64,000 nucleotides of DNA from the human T2T-CHM13v2.0 reference genome, Homo sapiens. The position numbers and the translations under genes are program-made. Every line of letters begins with the position of its first letter. Positions within the stretch are counted from its first letter, which is position 1. Shown piece by piece: positions 1 through 10,026 of the stretch. The stretch is taken from NCBI RefSeq assembly GCF_009914755.1, contig NC_060931.1. One strand, given 5' to 3'. The notes under the pieces are model-generated. The model did not search any database. It was given only the letters and a program-made list of their open reading frames with translations, and was not told where the DNA came from.

Positions 1-885
1 CCGAAGCCTGGCCTGGGGTTCTCAGGGGACACCAAGCCTGCTTCCAGCAAATATGGGGACCTACGGGCCAGCAAGCCCCAAAGCTCTTAGGACAGCTGAG
101 GGGACACAGCACAGCGCCCCAGCAGGAAGGCCGGCACCCACCAGCCACAACTTTACATCCTTGGGAGTACTGCTATAGGGTTCACCTGTAGGAGCCCCCA
201 GGGCAAGGGGCACTGAGGGGCGCAGTTGGAGCGGAGCATGGTGGGGACCCCTCCCCTCCCCGGCAGGGAGCCCCTAAGCCCTGCCTCTCAGGCAGCCACA
301 GAGCAGCACTGAGGGAACACAGAGGTGACGGCAAGCCCTCCCCTTGGCTGCCACTGGCTTAGACACCTCTCTACTGCACCACCGTGGCCCCGTCTCCCCA
401 TGGGCCGTGGAATGTGCCACTATGGGCTGTTCCCCCTGCAGATCCTGGCCCAGCCCCACCAAGCCAGACCTTCGGAGTGGTCTGTGGGTCGGCCTGTTGA
501 GGATGGTGGAGGAGCTGAGGGTGGGGTCCTGGTGGGGAGAGGGTATCTTCTGCCTCACTGACTTCCTGAACACTCCTGGAGAGACATCCACAAGTCAACA
601 TGGGTGGGAGGCTGGGCCTCTCCCCTGCACCCCAACATCTGTGGGTCTCAGCCAGGGGCTCCCCAGAGCAGTCCTAAACCTGTCTGAATTGGAGCCCCCC
701 ACAACAGTGGCCTCTTCTCTCCACTTCACCACCGGTGAGGGATGAGGGGCGGGGGCCATGCGAGTGCTGTCAGACAGGCCAGGCGGGGCCAGACCCCACC
801 TTCACCCGGCCCCCTCTGACCAGCGGCAATCACACAGCCAGGGGCGTAGGAGGGGCTGAGAGGCAGAATTTGAGGAGCTCAGTAC

Positions 886-957
886 CAGGGCGGCAGGAGG
901 AAGCGTCCCTTTGGGGCTGGTGGCGGCTGCACTGTTTTTGGTGCTATTCGTCTGGGG
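886..957 (-). CDS. CAMK2B: CAMK2B exon 15 (72 nt, alternative linker exon) PQTNSTKNSAAATSPKGTLPPAAL
   Basis: Acceptor ccacag|CCC, weak donor CTG|gtactg; phase 0-0; peptide visible in ORF 802..1308. Confidence 0.95.
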
Positions 958-1134
958 CTGTGGAGAGAGGGAAGAGGAACTCTTAGGTGGGAGAAGCCCC
1001 TCACTCGCCATTCCCTGTCCCGTGTCTCTCAGGGCATGGGGGGAGGGGGACTCCAGAGCAGGAGCCCCAGGGCGTGGGGGTGAAGCTGCAGGCTCTGGGC
1101 TCCCCGGCACCACAGGGCCCGGCTGGAGCCTCAC

Positions 1135-1172
1135 CTTGACTCCATCTGCTTTCTTGTTGAGTAAACTCTTGG
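1135..1172 (-). CDS. CAMK2B: CAMK2B exon 14 (38 nt; 41 nt from the upstream NAGNAG acceptor, starting at 1175) AKSLLNKKADGVK
   Basis: Acceptor tgcag/cag|CC, donor AAG|gtgagg; conserved CaMKII linker peptide. Confidence 0.96.
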
Positions 1173-2482
1173 CTGCTGCATGGGGAGGAAGAAGGTATGG
1201 TGAGTGATGGGCCTGGGTCTCGCTGCAGCGCAACCCCACCCCTTTGCCTGACCCCACTCTTTCCCCAGGAGCAAGCCCAGGGTCCTGAGGCAAGTGTGGT
1301 TCCAGCACCCAGGCTGGCTCTGAGCAGGTGGGGGGGCCATCCCATCACCCCAGGACAGCCCTGTCTCCAGCCTCCTCCATGACCCTGGGGCTCCTGCAAG
1401 CATCCAGATTTCTCCTCTGACCAGACCCAGAGATGCCCGTGGGTGCTGGGGAGCCCCCTTGGCTTCTGGGCCACATGCAAGCTCTTCCTAGAGGAAGGCA
1501 GGATGCTGCTTCCTCCCTGATGGGAACTCAGGACTAGCTGTGTCAGGTTGGGGTGGGGGCAGCTGAGCCAGCACCCCAGAGGTCATGCCCTCCCGGGCCC
1601 TGCCTTCCTGGGGTAGGGGTGGGTGGGCTGCAGCTGGCCGCCCACTCAGAGGGCCTTGTCCCAGCCCAGGCGCTCACCCTGCTCTCAGACCTCATACCTT
1701 GGCACCCAGGCCTCAGAGGTCTGTCCCATTGGCTCCTTGGCTCAGGCACCAAGGGCAGCCCTGCTCGCCCTCATTCCGAGCTGCCCAGCAGCCCTGGCCT
1801 TGGGGCCGCTTCTGTGCACTGACTGGGGCCAGCACAGGCCTTTCTGCCCACAAGCCCCTGAGGATACTTGGTCCCAGCAGCGGGGCCCCTGCCTCACCCA
1901 GCATTCCCCCTCAGAGGTCAGAGGGGCCTGGCCCCAGCCCCCGGTGCCCACACCCTCCATGGCTGTTAGGATTTTAATTACAGAACTAAAAAATAAAAAT
2001 AAATAAAAAACCAAAAGAGGAAGTCAGCTTACCTTACAGAAAAGGAAAGGTGAGAAGGGGAGGGAGTGAGGAAGGAAGAGAGAGAGAGAAAACAAGATTT
2101 GTGTTGGTTCGGGCAGGGGCGCAAGACTGCGGGCCCAGGACTCACAGGTCACCAGTCCTGGACCACGCTCACCAAAAAGAGCCAGGGCCATGCGGCCAGC
2201 CGGTACAGCAGGGTTAGAGAGGCAGCCAGGCTGGAGCCAAGGGGATGACGACATGGGAAGTGTGAGGATGCTTGCCCCCGGGCCAAGCCGGGAAGGAAGG
2301 TGGCACAGCAATCCCCCATCCCTCCCCCACCGCCTGGCTCCAGGACCCTGGCTGGCCAGGCCATGAAATTGGGTCCTCCTGCCTGGGGATCCCGTGCTGC
2401 CCATGCAGGCCTGGGTGGGGACAGACAGGCACGTTTCAACCTAGGACTGCAGCGCTTCTCAAATGGGATCCTCCCCCAACCC

Positions 2483-2503
2483 CAGCAGCAGCAGCAGCAG
2501 CAG
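2483..2503. repeat. (CAG)7 / (CTG)7 microsatellite in intron 13
   Basis: Seven uninterrupted cag units. Confidence 0.9.
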
Positions 2504-3784
2504 AATCGCCCTGTACAGTCAGAAATGCAAATTCCCAGGCCCACCCCGCCCTCCTGAGCCAGAACTTCTGCAGGGCTGGACATCTGTTCCATAAGCCCTC
2601 CCGGTGGTTCTGACGCTGGGTGCTCCAGGTTGCCGTGGAGATCAGGAGGCTGCACCCCGCAGGGCATAGACAGGCCTGGGCCTGCTGCCTGCTGACCACC
2701 CCCTCCCTGTCCAAATGCCCAGTGCTGCCTCCTCCATGGCTCTGGCCCCTCCTGGGCTCTGTGGGGACTGGGGTTGTGCCTGCGCAGTGGCTGCACGTGG
2801 CCCTGCGGACCCCATGTGCAGTGGGCACACACTTTCTATTCCCAGCCTCCCCTTCCTCACAGATCTCTTAACTCTCAACAATTTTGTATCCAGCCCAGGA
2901 GTCCCTCCCAGGATCCATGGAGAAGTAGAGGGGCCTCAGGCATCACTCTCCGTCCCCAGGCCTAAGGCCCCTCCTGGTGAAGCTGAGCACAGCGCCACCT
3001 CCCTGATGTCCCAAGGCAGCCCTGCCCAGTGAGTTCCCAGGACCAGAAATGCCGACTGCCCACTTCCCTATAGCACAGACTGAAAACCCTCCCCCTCGCT
3101 GCAGCTCAAATCTGCTTCCCTGTGGCTCAAATCTGCTTCCCTGTAACTTGCTATGGAGGGAGAGTCCTGAAGACTTGGAACTCAGGGTTCCAGGACCCCC
3201 ACAGTCCCCTCTCCTGTCTGTGCATCCCACCCTCTCAGCTCCCCTCCCATCTCCAGTACACACAACTCATCCCAGAAACACCCGCCCAGTGCCAGCCAGC
3301 CTGAGGCTGCAGCTGAGGGATCCTGTCCTTGCTGGTGACCAGCTGCCCGACACAGCTGGGGGACGGGCTCCTCCTAGGAGCCTGAGGAAGGAAGCATCCA
3401 GCCTCGCCTTGAGGACATTTGTCGTGGGGAGCTGAACAGGCAAGGAAGGGACCCAGTCCCTTCCAGAAACACACATTTCAAAAAGCTGTGGCCAACTGAA
3501 GCAGGCGGTTTCAGAAGGCTAGTTCCACCCCACCCCCGAGGGGACAGTCAGGCACGTAGCCTCCGCCAACCCAGCGGTACTTCCAGCCAGGCTCTGCATT
3601 GGAACCGGGGCCAGCATGGCACCCTAGGCAGCAGCAGAACTGAGCTCTTTCCCCGGGCATGTCCTCAGAAGATTCTCACAGGAAAGGAGGCACCACAGTT
3701 AGGCCCATCGGCGGGGCTGGCAGAGACCCCGGACAGTCCTTGGTACTAAGAGGGTTCTATTTAGATCCTTGAGTCTATCAAAAC

Positions 3785-4040
3785 CTGCATTTCCAAACTA
3801 TGCTACTGGAGATGTACCACAGCAGCAGTGGGAAATAAAAAGACAGAAGTTCACAGTCCAGTGGGCAGCAAATGCCACGTACAAACCAGCCCTCCTCGAA
3901 GGACTCAGGCCGACGCTGCCATCAGAGCTCTGGGAAGCCCTGCAGCAGACGTCCCTGTTGTCTCAGTCAGTTCCCAAACATCCTTCCTTGTGAACCCGCT
4001 TTTAAAACAATCGCTTGTGCACGCCTTGGGCGCAGTGTGG
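3785..4040. mobile_element. Ancient DNA-transposon (hAT-Charlie-like) fragment, family uncertain
   Basis: Degenerate motifs (gctctgggaagccctgcag...ttcccaaac...gaaccc) resemble the reverse complement of the segment at ~59880-60130. Confidence 0.35.
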
Positions 4041-6086
4041 GGTGCATGGGCCCGGCCCTCCTGAGTGCATGGCTCCCGGCCAACCATTTTTTGGGGGGCT
4101 GCTCATTTCACATCTCTGCCTGGGACTAACTCCAGATTCACCGTGGCCAGAGTCCTGTCGATGCCCATCTACACTAGCATTCAAGGGCACGGGAACTTCC
4201 TTTCTGTGTCTCAAGTTCAAAGCATGCGTTAGGTGCCGCAGGAGCCCAGGGTAGGCGGAGCAGTCACAGGCATCTCAGACACCTGGGTTGGGGGTTCTGC
4301 AGGCCTCTGTGGGACAAGGAGAGACCCTCTGCCCTCCATCCTGGGAAGGCACTGCCCATTCCCGGGTCTCCAGGCCGGGGCAACTGCTGCCACCCTGCAG
4401 CTGGCCGGACACTGGGTCTCCTATGCCCTTACACCTGATCAATGCAGGAGAGACCACAGAGGCCAAACTGAAGCACACTCGACAGACGGGGTCTCTCTGC
4501 GGGCCGAGGGGGCTATGCCACATGGGCTGGTACCAGACTCTGACTGGATGGTACTAGACTCAGCTGCCATTGGCAGAGAACTGAGCTCCATGCTCACTGC
4601 CGTGTGATATGGCTGAGCTGGGCTGACCTAGCAGGATGGGTGGTCCTCTCAGCCCTGCCTCTGCCTTGTCCCCTTAGCTGGTCACCCAGGACAGCCATGC
4701 TGGGCTCTGTCCACATGCACTGACCACCCTCCAGGACAGAGCTGCTCTCGGCGCCCAGGGTGGAGCCACACATGCAGGGCCTCATGCACCGTCGCCCCAC
4801 GTTCACTTGCAGACAGGCGGGCATTGCAGCGGGAGCCCCGGGCACAGGGCAGCGTAGAGGCAGCTGTCTCTCAGCACTGTCCCCTGGGCAGCAGTGCCTC
4901 CCCAGAAGCCACTAGCCTCACTCTTTTCTAATCACAGCCCCCTCCCGCCTGCGCTCTGGAAAGGCCTGTCAAATGGAGAAGACGTGGGAGGGCTCTCCCG
5001 GGGTGCTGCCTGCTAGACACGTCCACTGGGCTCATGGGAGGAGAATAGACTGCCCTCCCCGAGGACGCCCTGGGCCTCCCCAGAAGGAGGGTTCTCTGGC
5101 TGGGAAGGCCAGGCTGCTCACCCTGTGGGTCATGAGGAGGCCTGGGGAAGGCAGTCTCCAGCACCCTGGAACCTCTGCCGGGTCCCCAGCCCACGTTGGA
5201 GGCACCGACAGGGAACTCAGCAGCTCAGCCCAGGGAGGATCTGGGGTCACCCCTGTAGCCCTCTGTGTTCTGTGGCCAGGCGTTGTCAGCTTGGCCTGCC
5301 CTAAGCTCTCACCAGCCTTCAGCTCAGGCTGGAGCTGCAAGGAGGTCTTGGGGTCGCCTAGCCCTCATGGGGTCTGCCCATGGTCACAAGCCAGCAGGTG
5401 GGCAGAAGCCAACTTGGGCCTCTGGGCTCTGGCCCCGCACAGCCCAGAGGAGCAGGTGGCCAGTGCCGGCCTTTTCCCTCACAGGGTTTGAGGCCAGGGG
5501 AGGAGGACTTTGCAGAAACAACCCAAGAGGAAGCCTTGAAAGTCTCCTCAGGGTGCATAAAACCCTCACCCACTCCAGAGCGGCTTGTCCTGGGGGGATG
5601 CTCAGGGCAGACATGCATGTGTAGGACTCAGCAGCACAGACCACCGTCTCCATGCGGCCCCAGAGGGGCAGGGTGTGTGTCTGCCCCAAGGGCCTCTGCC
5701 TCTCTGGCTCTGCTCCTCAAGGCTCTCCTTTCAGGATTCAGACCCCCCAGCAGCAGGCCCAGTGGCTCCCTGTGGGGCCCAGGCCATTCTTAATGGGGGT
5801 CTCCGGACCCCCAGACCTCGGGGGCCAGGACCAGAAGGGCTTGGTGTAGCCCAGGGGCCACCTAGCCCAGCCCCTCCTCTTACAGGCGAGGAGCCTTGGG
5901 GGCTGCCTCCCTGCCCTTGTGGTGGGCTCTGCTGGGATGTGACCACACGGGAGCAGGGGCTCCCGGGGGCCTGGCGGCCTCTGGGGCGGCTCTGGAGCCC
6001 GGCCAGCGGCTGCGTGCAGCAGGGGGCTGCATGCTGGCAGGAGGGACGGGCGGGAGCGGGCGGGACGCTGGTCGAGACACATCTAC

Positions 6087-6161
6087 CTTGTTCCACCAGC
6101 CCCATGGTGGTGCCGGAGGCCGCGGTGGACATTGTGGCCGGAGCGGTGGTCTGTCTGCCCA
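6087..6161 (-). CDS. CAMK2B: CAMK2B exon 13 (75 nt cassette; F-actin-binding linker) VGRQTTAPATMSTAASGTTMGLVEQ
   Basis: Acceptor ctaacag|TG, donor AAG|gtagat; phase 1-1; peptide in ORF 5731..6249. Confidence 0.96.
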
Positions 6162-7205
6162 CTGTTAGCACCGGGTTAGAGACGAGGGGAAGGGAGGGGT
6201 GGGCGGACACAGACGAGGGGTGGGCGAGGTAAGGGAAGAAAAGAGACAAAGGAAGCAGAAGAAGATTAGAGTTAAAGTTTAGGTGACAGATGGTTCCAGA
6301 ATCCTTTGCTCAAGAGAGTGAAAACAAGATTGGACTGATTGACACGGAAAAGCATTTGCCTCCTTTCTCCTTAGAAAACCCCAGTGGGGGCTTCTCATGC
6401 CCAAAGGGTGTGGTGAGCACACAGCAGACAGGACAGTCCTATTAGTGTTGGTGTGACCGTGTGCACGCGTTCCCGGCATTACAGCATCACAGCAAAAGTA
6501 ACAGGATGGCGGGTGGGGGGCACCAGATGCAAACGGACAACGAGAGAGACGGATCACAGACGCTCGCACACGGAGTGTCGGACGACGGAGAAGCCACAGG
6601 TACAGCTTGTCCAGACCTGGGCTGCCGGCTCCACTCCGGGGCTAACATCATGCCCCGATGGGTCTGCCAGCGCCCTGGGCCTCAGGGGTCTATAACAGAC
6701 CCCACCCCCCTGCCAAGAGAACTTGCTTCCCAACCACCCACCCTGAGCAGCCGGGACAGGAGGCTGCAGCTCATCCAGAACTTGGAAGGAGGCCCCCGAG
6801 CCTCCCGCATCACCCCGCATCCCTTCTGCCCACCTCCCGCACAAAACACAATGTTCAGAGCACTCAAAATGACAAGGAGGCCACATAGATGCCCGACAAA
6901 CGCCTGGACAGACACACACGATGCTGTGAGCCCCAGTGGGGCAGCACAGACGCTCGTGTTCAGGGGGTGGAGGGACACAGACCCAGCACGAAGGTGATGG
7001 CCTCGGGGGGCTGGACCCTGTGGTATCACCCAAGGTGGGAGCCCAGCGGGGCCAGGTGGGCAGTGGGTCTCAGAGCTGAGGGCAGACGCCGAGGGCAGGC
7101 CTGCCGCAGAGGAGGAGTGGAGAGGCTGGTGAGGAAGGAGGCGCTCTCCTGCGTGGGCCAGCAGGGAGGGGGCAGCGCCTGTCTCCCTGGAGAAGAAAGG
7201 CTCAC

Positions 7206-7248
7206 CTGAGAAATTCCGTGTGGCCAGCATGGTGGTGAGGATGGCTCC
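7206..7248 (-). CDS. CAMK2B: CAMK2B exon 12 (43 nt) GAILTTMLATRNFS; CaM-binding segment with T306/T307
   Basis: Acceptor cccag|GGA, donor CAG|gtgagc. Confidence 0.97.
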
Positions 7249-8081
7249 CTGGGGAGAGACACAGATAAAACCGGGGCTATCCCATCAGTGTTCCCTGCTG
7301 GCTTCTGGCCAGGATAAGACCCCTGTCCTCCTGCCCAGATGCTCAGCCTCATTGTCATGAGGCTGACATGACCTCAGCCTTCCAGAGAGGCAAGAGCTCC
7401 AGGAAGCCAGCAGCCGCACTGAGACAGATCACCTATTTCCAGAACTACACACACCCTGGGCCTAAACCTGTTGACCAACTACAGCTTCTAGCTGCTTCAA
7501 GACCCCTCAAGCCTCAGGGGTCACCAGAACAGCTGGTCACCACGGCAGCTCCTCTGGGGTCCAGCTCCCTGACAGCCCCTTCTTTTCCTGACAGGCTCAG
7601 ACAGGGCAACAGTCCTGGGGCTTCCGGGGAGAACTGCTCAGAGACCAGCAGAGGGCAGTCAGGCAACAAGTCCCCATCCCGGAACCCACAAGTAGAGGGA
7701 CTGCCAGTGTGCGGTCACCGGAGCCAGCCCTGACCAAAGCAGGCAGGTTGGATACCCTACTGGGACCCACCTCCCTCCCAGAACTCCCCCAGCCCACCCA
7801 AGACCAGTGTGTGTGGCTCTGCTCTCCTTACCAAACCTGTCTGAGCCGGAAGCTTCGGACTTGCTTGTACTAAACAGTGTGACTGCCAGAGGGTGAGTGC
7901 TGCCTGCAGAGCCCGGGTGAGGAGCCCACAGCGAGCGCTTCAGGACAGCTCCTCCAAGGGCTGCTAGGAGGTGGCACAGACAACTAGGAGGAGCCACACC
8001 TGGCCCAGGGCCCCTCTGGACTCATTCCCAAGCTGGCCTGAGTTCACCTGATGCATCCAGTCTGGGACTTGCTAACAGTCA

Positions 8082-8300
<219 letters not shown>

Positions 8301-8620
8301 TCATATGGCAGCCGAGCCCGAGGCACAGGGGAGAGGCCAGGGTGGCAAGGCTTGTGGCACCCTGGGGTCCCCACTTGCCAAGAGCCACCGGCCACCATTG
8401 CGGCAAGGGTTGTCTGTCCCCACCCGCCTGGGACTTCAAGACTCGTCTCTCCCTTGCCTCGTCCACTCTGCCCCTCACAGACAGGACTGCAGTTGGGAGG
8501 AAGGGATCACCTCTACCCTCTAATGCCTTCCAAGCCCCAGGCCTCACAAACGTGCTGGTATGTCCCAAGCCAGAGGCCACAAGGAGCACCCAGGGGACCC
8601 AAGGGAGCTCTTGGATGTCA

Positions 8621-8980
<360 letters not shown>

Positions 8981-9058
8981 CTAGCCTCTTCCCACGCTGC
9001 CCTCACCCGGCCACACCTGGAGGAAGGGAGCTCATCAGAGAGGGGCTGGTGCACTCAC

Positions 9059-9153
9059 GTCATAGGCACCAGCCTTGATCTGCTGGTACAGCTTGTGCTG
9101 GTCCTCGTCCCAGAAGGGTGGGTAGCCCACGAGCAGGATGTACAGGATCACCC
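9059..9153 (-). CDS. CAMK2B: CAMK2B exon 9 (95 nt) [32 protein letters not shown]
   Basis: Acceptor ccgcag|GG, donor GAC|gtgagt; translated by hand (not in the ORF track). Confidence 0.97.
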
Positions 9154-9748
9154 CTGCGGATGGGGCCTGTGAGCACCGCAGCCACTTGCAGGGTGCCACC
9201 GTCCATGAAGCCCATGCCCTGCACCCTCACTGCCTAGCTCCTGTGGCCCTGGGAGGGCATTGGGGTCCTCAGCATTCCTTTGCCCCCACCTGTGCAGCAG
9301 ACACTGGGGTAGAAGGGCACAGCCGGCCCCCTGACCTCTGCCCCACACCCACACTATCACAGGGATGAGGGTGATGTCAAGCCCCTCTGCTGCTCCCCAC
9401 CTCTGTGGGAGGAGACCCCTACCCAAGGAGGTGGCCCTGCCCATGGCCCAACAGCCCCTGACCTCTCTTCTCCACTCCCATCCACCCACCACACTTCTGG
9501 ACCAGACCTCTGCTGAGCGCAGGCGAGCACTGGGGTGCGCCAGGTTCATGTGAGCAATTCTAATCTGGGTGGAAAGGGGGCTCTTGGCTGTGTGGGCAGA
9601 CCCCTGCCAGGGCAGCTCAAGGGCAGGTCTGACACAGATAAACCCAGATGAGAGCAAGACGTGCTGGCCACTGCACACTCCAGGATGTAGGTGGGAAGTC
9701 CTGAAACACCCGAGGCCCTGCCCCGCACCAACTCAGGCCAGGCCTCAC

Positions 9749-9832
9749 CACATGCCCAGATGTCCACAGGCTTGCCATACGCCTCTTTGCGAAGGACCTC
9801 AGGGGACAGGTAGCCTGGTGTGCCAGCGAAAC
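9749..9832 (-). CDS. CAMK2B: CAMK2B exon 8 (84 nt) [28 protein letters not shown]
   Basis: Acceptor ctctag|GT, donor GTG|gtgagg; kinase subdomains VIII-IX. Confidence 0.98.
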
Positions 9833-9923
9833 CTAGAGAGAGGGGAAGAGGCCACAAGGGGCTGTCAGCATCACCTCCTGCCCTGCCAACTGCCAGCCAA
9901 CACACCCTGCCCCTGGCACTCAC

Positions 9924-10026
9924 CAAACCATGCCTGCTGGTCCCCCTGCACCTCGATAGCTAGGCCGAAGTCTGCCAGCTTCACTGCAGCCCCTTTGCAC
10001 TTGCTGGCCAGAAGCAGGTTCTCCGG
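9924..10026 (-). CDS. CAMK2B: CAMK2B exon 7 (103 nt) [34 protein letters not shown]
   Basis: Acceptor ctgcag|CCG, donor TTG|gtgagt; DFG motif. Confidence 0.98.

Noticed and set aside
1-885. Next CAMK2B exon (EPQTTVIHNPVDGIK)
   Set aside because: Searched for and not found; it must lie left of the window.
1176-1308. alphaKAP-like alternative N-terminus reading into exon 14
   Set aside because: The ORF starts at GTG, has no in-frame ATG upstream of exon 14, and the peptide is not hydrophobic.
3755-3766. MEF2-like site ttctatttaga
   Set aside because: Too short to fit CTA(A/T)4TAG.
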